From Epiperipatus broadwayi (Eukaryota; Animalia; Onychophora): DNA of 64,000 nucleotides. Shown piece by piece: positions 52,219 through 64,000 of this stretch. Under the pieces are notes generated by a model. It saw only the letters and a list, made by a program, of their open reading frames with translations. It was not told where the DNA came from and made no database searches. The stretch covers positions 28,582,001 to 28,646,000 of the forward strand of contig JAQFVV010000003.1 in the NCBI GenBank assembly GCA_028023455.1. The letters are read 5' to 3'. A program made the translations under genes and the position numbers. Position 1 is the stretch's first letter. Each line of letters begins with the position of its first letter.

Positions 52219-52239
52219 CCTTAGTACAAAGCCTTTCAT
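52219..52239 (-). CDS. Candidate first coding segment MKGFVLR of the SGF29-like gene
   Basis: ATG AAA GGC TTT GTA CTA AGG|GTAAGTAT; a phase-0 donor matching the 49980 acceptor that supplies about the number of residues missing from the N-terminus. Confidence 0.4.
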
Positions 52240-52699
52240 GAACTATTGTTTGATATACTTACATTATAACAATATAAGAAAAAAGATGATCACATTTAGA
52301 TGCAAGCAATAAAATCGTAAAAAAAAAAACATAAAGGAAGAAAATAATAAATAAATTTTGCGATTACTAATCCATCAAAGATATATATAACCTGTAACAT
52401 ATGATGTAAATAAGCAAGTCCATGCTTGATATCAAAGTTACTATTTTAAAAGCATCAATTCAACACTTAAAAAGAATGACCTCATTTTGGTGATTGGCAG
52501 TATATATATACAAACGACTTTTCATTTCAAGGATTTGATAAAAAACTCTTGCTGACTTATCAACACATGTATTTTGGAAGTGGCAATCAAACCTGGCATT
52601 TGGGGACAAAGGTTGGCATTCACCAAAACAATACTTCAAGCTATAAAATTCCATTAAAGATGGATAAGAACTAAAATAAAAACCGATGGATTTGAATAA

Positions 52700-53030
52700 G
52701 GAATTTTAAATTAGAAATTCCAGAACTATAAATTTATTTGGCATTTCACAAATCTCTGGCCAGAGAGTTATACCAACCCTAACTTGAGATTTCAAGAGAA
52801 CATCTAACCGTTCAACAAACTCAAGGACTCTAATTAACTACTTAGGTAGATATACATACCATCATGCACAGTTATGTACAAAGTTACCTCATGAGAAGAG
52901 ATTTGTCAGCCATGAAACTGTAACCACCAAAATCGAATTCAACTCGAATTAGCATCTATCCACTTATGATGAAGGTGACACCAAACTTTACTACTTGGAT
53001 CTGAAGATGTGAATTTAACAATTCAAAATT
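52700..53030 (+). mobile_element. Possible Penelope-like 3' remnant with a decayed hammerhead
   Basis: Weak RFQEH-like and LELASIH peptides, followed by CTGAAGA TG TGAATT-TAAC-AATTCA AAA, which lacks the CG of CGAAA. Confidence 0.3.
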
Positions 53031-53419
53031 TACTACATGGGAAAAGAAATTTCGATTACCATTATGCACTCCAAGACATTTGAACCAAACTAATTGGATT
53101 TATCGGTAATCATCTGAAATCCGGGCACGGCCGCTTGGGGCGTTGATGCTATACAAAAATCAATCAAATATAACGTTAACGGGCCGCCACAACTTTTTTT
53201 TTATACATGTTTTTTTTTTTTGATTAAACAAATTTTTTATTTCATTTACAACATTTCTTTTTTATTAAACAAATTTTTATATTCATTTTCGTTGTTTTTT
53301 TTTTAACCTGATATTTTTCTTTATCCAACAAATTTTGGTCATTTAATTTTAATTAAAACTTTGCACTGTTTCACGACCAAAAAACTTGTTTTAACCACGC
53401 CAAAAAAATATAATGGGAT

Positions 53420-54110
53420 AAATTATTTGGGACTTGTTTCAACTTTGTTCTACCTTTTTTTTTTTTGCTTGACTAAATTGTTTTTCTTCTTCTTATTAAA
53501 TCAAAACTAACTTTTGTGTTGTTGGGGGTTCAAAAATTGTTTTGAAATCCCCCACCCTCGAATCAATAATTGTAACATAAAGTCAATAATTTTACTTTTT
53601 TTTAAACAACTTGTTTTCACTTTTTACTTTTATTTATATTTCGTTTGAATTAGCCTTTTTTTTTTTTTGCTTCTACAGTAAACAGTTTTTTTTTTTTTTG
53701 GGGGGGGGGGCTTTCGTACTGTTATTCTTAACAAAAAGTCAACAAAAATAGTCATTTATTTGAACCCCACTTGTTTTAACCCTAATGAAAAAATAGAATG
53801 CTATTATTTGGTATTATTTCGAATTTATTCAACCTTTTTTTTTGGCTTGACCAAATTGTTTTTCTTCTTATTAAATAAAAAGTAACTTTTGTGTTTTTTG
53901 GGGGATAAAAAATGGTTTTAAAACCCCAACCCTCACGCTCGGAAAAAGAATTGTAACAAAAAGTCAATAATTTACCTTTTTTTTTTTTTCAACAACTTTT
54001 TCGCACTTTTTACTTTAATTTATATTTCGTTTGAATTACCTTTTTATTTTTATTTTTTGCCATTCTACAATAAACTGCTTTGGGGGGGGGGGTTTCGTAC
54101 TTTGTTATTA
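53420..54110. repeat. Two-unit tandem repeat (unit about 380 bp) inside the CGGT-TIR element
   Basis: GCTTGAC-AAATTGTTTTTCTTCTT...CCCTC...TTGTAACA-AAAGTCAATAATTT...TTCGTTTGAATT...GGGG-TTTCGTACT occurs twice. The second unit resumes at 55211 after the MITE. Confidence 0.75.
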
Positions 54111-55210
54111 CACCTGGGTCTCTTTTTACGCGGACTTATTTAACACGATTTTGAAGTTACGCGATTCGTGTTTCACCGGAAGTGTGTTAAATAAGTCCGC
54201 GTAAAGAGACCCACGTGTATGAACTCCGATAATGCGCTATTACTTTAAATAATAAATTTTGCGCACTTATATTATATTGAAAGTAATAGCACATTATTGG
54301 AATTCGACTTTCATCTTAGTAATTTCAATATTTTCAGTGCTTAATAATAGTAAGATTTTATGCAATAATGAAATTAGAATCATAATTTCCACATTTTACG
54401 TATACACACATTAAATTTTACAAGATTATAATGTAAATTTGTTCAAACATTGTACGTGTTAATTTTGCATTTTAAATCACATTCTGTTTTTGCTTTTTAA
54501 AAAAGAACGTAATCAATTATTAATCATTTAGTGTCCACAAGTTTATTTTTAAAAGGTCAATAATAGCAGTGGGGATAATTAAATTTGACAATTAAAAATT
54601 AAAATCTGATTTTTAATTGTAATTAACAATTTAAAAATTACTTACTGCGACTTGAAATTAATGTGAAATTTGATTTTTAAACCGAATTGAAAATTAAAGA
54701 CAAAAATAAGAATTTAATTTTTAGTTGTTAGTTTCATAAACAATTAATAAAATCATCGTCTCAAAGATTAATTACTAATTACGTTGTCACCAGAAAACCA
54801 CTGTTACAACACGAGTGTGAAGTTGGCGCTAGTTGTTTGCAAACGAACGTGTCTTTCAGCAAATAGCTATAATAATTAAAACGTGTATAAAAAATGTCAA
54901 TTACTGTACTGTAAATTATGCATAAAAATATATTATTTTGAATAAAATTAAATATTATAGTTAAAAAAAGTTTGTCTTGTATCATTTTTTTTTAAATTTG
55001 AAATTTTTTATTAGTCATATTTTATTTCCTTATATTTTTTTTGCGCGAATTTTAAAGTAATTTTACGTTGGTGCTTTGCTTTTACGCGAATTTTGAAAAA
55101 TCACAGACCGCATCCCCCCTTTTTCAATGTAAGTTACATCTATTTTTGCGCGATTTCGTTTGCGCGTGTTTTCTGAGGAACCTATATATCGCGTAAAACG
55201 AGACCAGGTG
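54111..55210 (+). mobile_element. Tigger/pogo-like MITE, related subfamily, with an internal inverted copy of its left end
   Basis: TA|CACCTGGGTCTC ... GAGACCAGGTG|TA; boundaries confirmed by comparison with the uninterrupted first repeat unit. The extra inverted TIR ends at 54217. Confidence 0.8.
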
Positions 55211-57308
55211 TATTAACAAAAAGTCAACAAAAATAGTCATTTATTTTAACCCTGCTGCAAAAAATAGAATCCGAATACTTGTCAATTTCTAATGAAATGA
55301 AAAAAAAAAAAAGGACACAAACTTTGGACTTTTTGTAAATTATTTATTATTTTATTGCTGTAATAAAAAGTGGACATTATGTGGCTGAAAAAAAGGACAC
55401 AATCTCACACACTTTCTGTACTCGGCAATTCTAAAGAAAAGTTTAAAAAGTGCATGTTCTTCTCAGACCTTTTAGTGATCTCGTATATTTTCCACACTTA
55501 AACGTGACTTAGTGCATGAACTTTGTCGAAGCGTGTTCGAACATACACTTTGCCAATTTTTTACATATTAACCTTTTTTTAGGGAAGGGTGGGGACCATA
55601 TAACAATTATTAGTAATTAACATTATTTAAATAGAAATGACATTACTCTATTACGGGGATTTGAAAAGTTGTACAGACTTGAAATTCAACTACCCTCAAA
55701 CGTATCCAGTAATCAACTATAAATAGTACAAATACACATAGTTTCGAAGCACAAAACGGGCCGTAATATTTTTGTGCAATGTCATGTAAAGCGGCCTGCC
55801 ATAATGGGTTAATACAATATTAAATGTTGTATTAGCCCGTAAGACCGGCCGTAGAAACGGCATTTTTATGTGTTATGTACACATAAACAATGCCCCAAGT
55901 GGCCGTGCCCGGATTTCAGATGATTACCGATTTATCAACAACAGAAATAAGGACACACATAACCTTTAGATTATTTTCTTTTATGGACTCTTGATTTTCC
56001 TTCGGTTGACATCATATGATTAAATTTATGTATATGTTGTTTTTATTTATTTATTTCCCTTACCATAGATTAATGGGATATATATTCTTGATATATTAAA
56101 AAAAAAGAGGGAGGGATTACTAGCTTAATTGTAAGTTGAAATAAAATATAGGGTCAGACATGAGCTTGATAAGGATGAATTTAATCATCACCAGGGTTAG
56201 AGGTAAGACTTTATATTGTCCAACATTAAACACCAATACTTGTACAATTACACTGTTATTTATTAATACTAATTATTTTATTATATACTTGTTTTTCAGT
56301 ATAAATGATTCAAAACTTTTAACATGAATGGTCTTTGCTATCATAATATACGGGGGGGGGGTGTCACCATCACGCTATTTAATATAAATCAAACAGCAAA
56401 TATGTTGGAAATAAAGAATTATGATTTTACTAAATTTTAAATTAGCAAGCAAGTATGTATATAAATAGTAATAAGTTTTAAAATTTTTTACTATAAAAAA
56501 AATATTGAATGATTACTCTTTGAGGGGAACAGAAGGGTTGGATTAATGAATATTGACTGTACTGATCAAAGAATAGTCATAAATGTCTAAATGCATTAAT
56601 TGCTATTGTTTATAGTTCATGTTGAAAAATTTGTAATTGTGAATAAATTTAAAAAAAAAAAAGGTTTACAAATTAATGACGGTTGTTTACATTTTCTTTA
56701 TTCCTTTATTAATTTATCTCACCCTAGATACAATAAAGATTATAATATAACTATTCCTTGAAGTAGAATATTGTGGGTATTCCCCTTGAGCTCGAATTCT
56801 AAATAAATGGAATTTAGGGATGAGAAGAAGGACGAGTGCAAGTGAAAGTACCTGATGTATGTTCATATGCAAAAATGCTGCCTCTAAAAATTGAGATCAA
56901 GGTCATTAGGAGTTTAGAAATCCTATCAAGTATAATAATATGCAAAGCCAGGACCCGATCTGTTACAATATGTTATAATAATATTTATACCAATCTAATG
57001 AAACTTTATTTATTATAAATAATATTTATAATATATTTATAACTTATGATTATAATATTTATTAGATCATTTACATTAACTATTTTTTTCTAAATTTACT
57101 TTTTAGGGTTTCAGAAAATAATTTCATATCTTGATGCATTCAAATCAATGAAATTTCTTGTGAAACAAATATTTACATGTGTGCATATTACACAATCCAA
57201 TTGCAGAAAAACAGCAGGAAAACTAAAAATTCACAATGAACAAGTGACAAAATTCCTAAAAAAAATGATGCACAGAAATATTGCACAATAAAATCACATA
57301 TGTAATTA

Positions 57309-58141
57309 CACTCGGGTCTCGTTTTATGTGGATTATTTTAATACGATTTTGAAGTTATGTGATTCATGTTTCTTCTTAATATCCTTCAGATTTCACTATA
57401 TTTATTAGATATTAAAAAATTTAAATTATTAATAACTTATTGTGACTTCAAATACTTTTTTTCCCCAAAAAATATAACATTATATTAGCAGCATACATGA
57501 ATATGGCTTGAAGCTGTATTTAGAATCTTAGCTTCAATGTAAATAACCTACTTATACTAATGAGTAAATAATAATAGATTTATACGTATGTATAAAAATA
57601 TCGCAATAAATATTCAAAAATTTTAAACTTTTAAAACCTATTTTGTTAGATATTAACAGAAATAAATATTTTTTTAGAATTTTAAAATAAATAATAACGA
57701 AGATTTTATTGATTTTATAAACTGAAAATAATCTTTCTAATAATAATATATAATCTTTTTGTTTTGATGACGATCTTATTTTTTAATATAGAAACAGAAA
57801 ACCATTAACACAGCACAAGACTGGAAGTGGCGCTAGTTGTACAACACGTCATCAATCTGATTTCTTACTAGTTCACAAACGAATGCATATGTATGAAAAA
57901 ATGAAAAATTAAATACTGTAGTTAATAAAAAATAAAGTTTGTCTTATATTAATTTTTTTCATATATTTGAAATTTTTTATTAGTCATACTTTTTCCTTGT
58001 TGCTTTGCTTTTATGCCAATTTCTGAATATTATGGGAACATATCTCCCATTTTTCAAGGTAAGTTACGTTTATTTTTGTGCGATTTCTTTTGTGCGTGTT
58101 TTCTGAGGAACCTATCTACCGCATAAAATGAGACCCAGGTA
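57309..58141 (+). mobile_element. Tigger/pogo-like MITE, further copy
   Basis: Same TIRs and interior as 906-2138, uninterrupted; TA flanks. Confidence 0.85.
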
Positions 58142-58252
58142 TATATATATTGACACATATACAAAAATCTTGGGATGAAATGACTAATACAACTGCCTGC
58201 CATATGAAATTGGAGTTTGAATATAAATTAAATGAATTTAAAATTTTTTGGA

Positions 58253-58379
58253 CACAAAGAAATTAAGTTTTTTTTTATCCCAGAGAGTTAATGGCAACGA
58301 TCCCAGTTAATTTGAACACAAAGAAATTAAGTTTTTTTTTATCCCTGAGAGTTAATGGCAACGATCCCAGTTAATTTGA
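58253..58379. repeat. Tandem duplication, unit about 64 bp
   Basis: ACACAAAGAAATTAAGTTTTTTTTATCCC-GAGAGTTAATGGCAACGATCCCAGTTAATTTGAA occurs twice. Confidence 0.9.
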
Positions 58380-60203
58380 ATTAATCAACTGAGTGTCCAT
58401 GCACTGACTATATAAAAAAAAATATTATTGTAAAATGATGCAACCTTCAATATTGGTGGAAAAGCTGTTTATTCCTAAGAACATTGCTATATTTTGCAGA
58501 AAATATATATAGGCTTTAGTAACTCGATAGTTATAAAGCTAAGTTTACTCCAGAGAAAAATAGTAATGAAAGATAAATACATATCTAAGTTTTAAAAGCA
58601 AATAAAAAGATTGCTAATAAGTTTAAAAAGAAATGGAAAATAGATTCGGTAAAAAAAATAAAGAAACTTTACTTAAGTTTAATAGCAACAAAGAAATATA
58701 GTTAGCAGTTAAATTAAACTTAAACAGACAAAGATCGTAGGTTAAAAATATTCTACAAAAGATTGCTGAAAGATAAATCAAATTCTTAATTACAAAGCCA
58801 GATATAATTAATGGTTTTAAGAGACAGAAACCTGTCTATTGTTTAAAATCAAACATTAAACTAATTTTAGAAGCAAACAAATGGATAAAATATTTGAAGC
58901 TAATTATTAAGAAATGTGAATGGACATAATTAAAAGCTGGATCGTAATCATCATTGTAAAGATGCATTAGCCAAATGGAAATAGAACTATATTAGAATGT
59001 TAGAAATTTATTAATATCAAGCAAGGAAAAAAAGAGTATAAATAGTGCGCACTAAAAAGAGAAAGTTGGAGTGTCAGCTTTTCTCTACTCATCATAAGCT
59101 GTTGTTGTTGCTGTGTCATGGATGTCATAATGATCTTGAGAAAAGCTGAGGGAAAAGTGCACTGACTTTTCTGCAACAATGGACGTGTCCCAGAGCCGGT
59201 GCCTCAGAAGATTAAAGGTAGCCATCTAGGAAAAGTGTTAATAGACCGCACCGGTCTTTTATTATTTACATACACCTGAGAAGGCCCAAATAGGATTGTG
59301 TTTTGTAAAATAACTGAGTATAAACTTTAGTATTAACTTAATGTTACACTTGTTATATGTGCAAATAAAGTAAATATGATTGCTACTCAGTTAAACCTTA
59401 ATTTACGTGTATGTATAATATATAAATAAATATATTTAATCGTTATTAATAATGTTTCAGTAATTTATAAATTTTGTGGTAATTGTTGGTAGTCTGCTTC
59501 ATAGCTGAATACACAACAGGCATTATATCTAATGTTACTTTTACTTTACATATATAAAACATCTTTCAATTTTATTCTTATATAACACACAAATTTTTTT
59601 TTTTACATTAAAAAAAAATAATAAAATGGTTTTAGATTTATAAGTTAATTAAAATCATTTATGTTTTTAATCTGTTTTTGGTGGATTAAAAAAAAAACAA
59701 TAACTAGTATTAACAATATATGTATAAGAATAAAACTTTATTCATTTCAAAAATAAAATAAAAATTGTCTTTCAATGATAGGTAAAAAAAAAATCTGGTT
59801 AATTTTGAAATTTATATCCTTGTAGTACAATAATTACACTTTATTATAGAACAACTAACAATAAACTTAAAATATAGTTTATACTGCACTCTCAAAGACA
59901 TAATTATTACTGCATTCTTATGTTGCATTATATAGTAATACTGTTGTAATAACAACTAGTTTCCATTGGCATCCCTAAAGATAAAAAATGACTACTGTAT
60001 TTTTAGATTTAAAGTTTTTTTTTTGTGGGCTTGAATATTAATAATACCTGTGAATAGTTATCATACAAAGTGAAATGAATAAATTAAGATTTTTGTACTG
60101 AAGCAGTCAATCTGCTTCGCAGATTGAGCTTCATGCTTTATCCAACTAATCAACCAAATTTTATACTAATGTATTTAAAAATCACTCGTGTGTGTGTAAT
60201 ATA

Positions 60204-61185
60204 CACCTGGGTCTCGTTTTATGCGGATTATTTTAATGCGATTTTGAAGTTATGCGATTCATGTTTCTTCTTAACATCTTTCATATTTCAATATATTTAT
60301 TAGATATCAAGAAATTTAAATTATTAATAACTTATTTTGACTTTAAATTTTTTTTTTCTTCAAAAATATAGTTACATTAGCAGCTAACAGCTAACGTGAA
60401 TATGGCCTGAAGCTGTATTTAGAACTTAGCTTCTATGTAAATAACCTATTTATACTAATGAGTAAATAATAAAAATAGATTTATACTTACACATAAAAAT
60501 ATTGCAATAAATATTCAAAAAATTTAAACTTTTAAAATGTATTTTGTTATATATAACAGAAATAAATAATCTTTTAGATTTTTAAAATAAAAAACAAAGA
60601 TTTTATAAACTGAAAATAATCTTTCTAATGATAATGTATAATCTTTTTGTTTTGATTGCGGTCTCATTTTTTAAATATAGAAACAGAAAACCATTAACAC
60701 AGCACAAGACTGAAAATGGTACTAGTTGTACATCACATCATGAATAAAAATAAAGTGGCTAACAGGTTTCTCTGGGCATAATTGCTGAGAAATTCTTGAC
60801 TTCGTTTAAGGAGAAGCCACAATAAATCACATCACATCGAATCTCATTTCTTACCAGTTTACAAACGAACGCTAGCGGTAATGATTAAAATATGTATGAA
60901 AAATGTAAAATTAAATACTGTAGTAATCAAAAAAGTAAAAAAAGTTTATCTTGTATTAATTTTTTTCAAATATTTGAAATTTATTATTAGTCATACTTTA
61001 TTTGCTTATTTTTTTAATGAGAATTTTAAAGTAATTTTTTCTTGTTGCTTTGCTTTTATGCGAATTCTGAAAATTACAGCACCTATCCCCCATTTTTCAA
61101 GGTAAATTAAGTCTATTTTTGTGCGATTTTTTTTAGTGCGGGTTTTCTGTGGAGCCTATCTACCATATAAAACGAGACCCAGGTG
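60204..61185 (+). mobile_element. Tigger/pogo-like MITE, further copy
   Basis: TA|CACCTGGGTCTCGTTTTATGCG ... AAAACGAGACCCAGGTG; retains an internal segment of about 100 bp shared only with copy 2. Confidence 0.85.
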
Positions 61186-62575
61186 TGTACATATTTATGA
61201 AAATAGGGGGTGTTGTTTTATTATATGAAATAAATATTGTAGATTTGTATGTATTGTTTATTTCAATATATATACTTTATTTTTATATAAAAATATACCA
61301 AAATGGAGGAGAGGAAAATGCAATTGTCACAAAGGTTCTGGAAATAGTTCACTATTGAATTATACAAAAATGTGGATGCTACCCATTCTAATTATAAAGA
61401 TTTTACTTTACTTAAAATTACTTGAAACTTTTATTAGTAACCTCTAATGGAAATTTTATATTGTTTAAGAGAAAGTTCTAGAAATAGATTGCCATACCTT
61501 ATCAACATTTGCATCTTCTCGAAATGTAACATAAATGTATATCGTTGCTAAAAGACAATGAGGTTAAGAAATTCTGTTGGACATCGCCTTATGGAGTTAA
61601 CAAAAAGCATTCTTGAAATATTTCTGAATTAATATAAATGGGGCTGAATTTAGTTATGAAGAAAAAAGAAAGTATTGTTCTGTAGTGTTGCCAACATACT
61701 CCACATCAGTTTGAATTTTGAAATGTTGTTCGAGTAGAGGGGCCCAAGCCACCTTTCCTCAATCTCTGAGACCATCTCCTTGCCATGCCGCAATTTAGCT
61801 CCTACCATTCAAAAGGGCCCGAGCTGTTAAAGTACAGGTCATGAAGAAACATTTTCCGTCTAAATTGTCTGCCCCGAAATCAAAGAATGCCACATCAAGA
61901 CAGGATCCGTCCATATCGTCGCCCCCAGAGGATCATGAATAGCTCCAAGAGTTGTCTTAACCACCTTTCACTGATATATAAATTAATTAACTAATCATAA
62001 ATTTAAGGCCTTCTTTCTTTAATGTTTTATCTATTTTAACTTGCTGACCGGTGAGTACTTTAATATAACTTTATAACTTCTATATGTCGATTCTCTATAA
62101 CCCTAATTAATCATTCTGTAAACTTACTCATCCAATTCAGGCTCCTTATTATATATGTATTTAAGTGCGGTAGTAATTTATAGTTAATATTTTTTATTTT
62201 TCTTGATTTATAAAATGTATAATGCCTGTCAAATCCAATCTCACAAGCTTCGTGTCTGTTTTAATTCTGCTATGGAAAGGGGAGAGGGGTAATTAGTTAT
62301 TTGATTTATATTATTTTCAAAATAGCTCATGAGGTTGAATTCTCTTTCTAATAAATATATTGTGAGGGTAGCATAAGATCGCACCCACAATCAACCTTAG
62401 CCACCTGAAATAGTAGATTGTTTTTCTTTACTTAGTATGTAAAGATCAAATTAATAATAAATTTTGCTAGAACACTTTTAGAAAAATATAAATGTTTTAA
62501 AGTTATAACAGTGTACTAATTACATATTAAGTACTGGGAATGATGGGTAAGTTACTGTAAAAAAAAAAACGGTAC

Positions 62576-62754
62576 TTGGGTATTTATTCCTGCAACCAAG
62601 AAAAAATAGGAGGACTTTTCACATTTGTATCAATACACTGCTAACTTTTTAATGTTATGATTTTGGCAACATCACACATTACAAAGTTAGCAATGCTTTG
62701 ATAGGAATGTGAAAAGTCCTCCTTTCTTTCCTTGGTTGCAGGAATAATACCAAA
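62576..62754. mobile_element. Hairpin MITE-like palindrome
   Basis: Arms of about 75 bp (TATTCCTGCAACCAAG...GGAGGACTTTTCACATT...TGCTAACTTT and its reverse complement) around a spacer of about 20 bp. Confidence 0.65.
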
Positions 62755-63299
62755 TAGTTTTAGAAAAATACACAAAAATTAATTTTATAGGAAATATACA
62801 CGTACTTCTATGCAATGTAGACGGACGCAAACAATCAAATTTGATGGATGCAAAGAACCAAATTTTGTAATTTTTTTCTATCAGTTTAAAAAAAATTGTA
62901 GTAATGAAGGCATACTGGATCCATTTTTCTGTACGAAATTAACACAACACAAATATATCTTTTTAAAAGTAAATTTTAAAAAATCTATGAAAGAAACATA
63001 AGCAGACAATGCTTGAACACTAAATTTAATCGAATGATTTTAAACCAAGAAAAATACCGAAATTTGTACAAATAGTTTTTAAAATCACATTACAAAACAT
63101 TCAACAAGAGGCTACTTACGGTCTGAAATAGAGTATTGTAGTTTAAAAAATAATTCTTACATAAAAAATGCGATTATCAGCCTCCTCCCCCGCCATTCCT
63201 ACTTCCCCGAAATGTTTATAGAGCACGTGATTGTGCAGTACATGCTAAAAAATGGAATCTTACCAATCAATGTAAACCAACGGCAATCTATTTTTTGAA

Positions 63300-63960
63300 A
63301 CTAATGTTGTCCAAAAAATAATAACAAAGTCAACGTATTTATTCAATTAGTAAATGAAAAAAAAACCCAGTAAATTCCTGCAACTCTTTGAGTAGAAAAG
63401 TCAATGTATTAATTGAATACGAAAAATAAAATAAGAACTCTAAATTGCAATACTACAATCGTTAATTTTTTGACTGGAAAAATAACTTGAAATTGCAGCA
63501 GTTAGGGAGTTGTTTTATAACAGAATTAAAAATGTTTTTGATCTCAAAGCAAGTAAAAAAAAAAACAAAAACAACAGTAATACTAATATCTACATATTAA
63601 TTCAAATAGTAATTAGAAAAAATGGGTAATTGTAAATTGCAACACTTTGAGTATATGCTTTTTAGACTGGAAAAGTAACTGGAAATTGTAAAAGCAGCAG
63701 CACTTTGAGCAAATAATCAAAAAGTAACAACAGCAGTAATAATAATCTAGTCACAGCAGTAAATATAAAGTGAATGTATTAATTCCATTAGTAATTCGAG
63801 AAATAACTGTACATTGTAGCACTCTGATCAGATAGTTGTTAGACTGGCGAAATAACTATAAATTAAAGCACTTTGAACAGATCAAAGGAAACAACAGTAT
63901 TAATAAAGTCAACGTTTTAATTCAGTTACTAAATAAAAAAATAAGTATTAATTTAAGCAA
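63300..63960. repeat. Degenerate satellite-like tandem array (period about 180-190 bp)
   Basis: GACTGG-AAA-TAACT recurs at about 63473, 63666 and 63842, and AAAGTCAA-GTATT-ATT recurs several times. Confidence 0.55.
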
Positions 63961-64000
63961 TTGGATCAGATGGTTTTTAGACAGGATGAAAAACGTTCCT

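Larger units (their letters stand above)
53104..55929. mobile_element. Non-autonomous DNA transposon with 38-bp CGGT-terminal TIRs (superfamily unassigned)
   Basis: CGGTAATCATCTGAAATCCGGGCACGGCCGCTTGGGGC at 53104-53141 and its reverse complement (1 mismatch) at 55892-55929; ATTTAT directly repeated on both flanks. Confidence 0.8.

Noticed and set aside
58253-58379. Short direct repeats here and at 21127-21185 and 24790-24900 as a CRISPR-like array
   Set aside because: They are two-unit tandem duplications without unique spacers, in a eukaryotic context with no cas genes.
61700-62420. GC-rich block as gag or BEL RT (LGAIHDPLG) with a PBS-like site
   Set aside because: The frames are full of stops and the motif evidence is too thin to assign.
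1-64000. Remaining 60-100-aa ORFs in the track
   Set aside because: They are F/I/L/K/N-rich products expected from AT-rich non-coding or TE DNA; no supporting motifs beyond those assigned to TE remnants.

Overview
AT-rich eukaryotic genomic DNA, probably arthropod or insect (inferred from the repeat spectrum and splice style; the species cannot be determined from the sequence). Most of the window is intron or intergenic DNA packed with decayed and nested transposable elements: five Tigger/pogo-like TA-TSD MITEs, hAT transposase pseudogenes (SPIN/GTF2IRD2-like and Buster/ZBED5-like) and hAT ends, a piggyBac remnant, an internally deleted Gypsy element, RTE and other LINE fragments, tRNA-derived SINEs, and Penelope-like (GIY-YIG) remnants. 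Host genes: (1) a divergent, almost intronless SGF29-like tandem-Tudor gene on the minus strand (49147-49980) whose first exon is uncertain; (2) the 5' exons of an unidentified minus-strand gene with an Arg/Asp-repeat N-terminus and a candidate 9-nt microexon (7388 to 3357, apparently continuing off the left edge). The most unusual signal is a family of roughly 345-bp insertions in which a type I hammerhead-ribozyme-like motif sits in the loop of a 85-107-bp hairpin. One copy has a 13-bp TSD and the hairpin arms co-vary between the two copies, which suggests a retrozyme- or viroid-like element. Two further hammerhead-like families and a 4-kb Penelope-type inverted structure are also present. 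All translations, alignments and folds were done by eye, so coordinates of decayed elements are approximate. No rRNA, bona fide tRNA or CRISPR array was seen.
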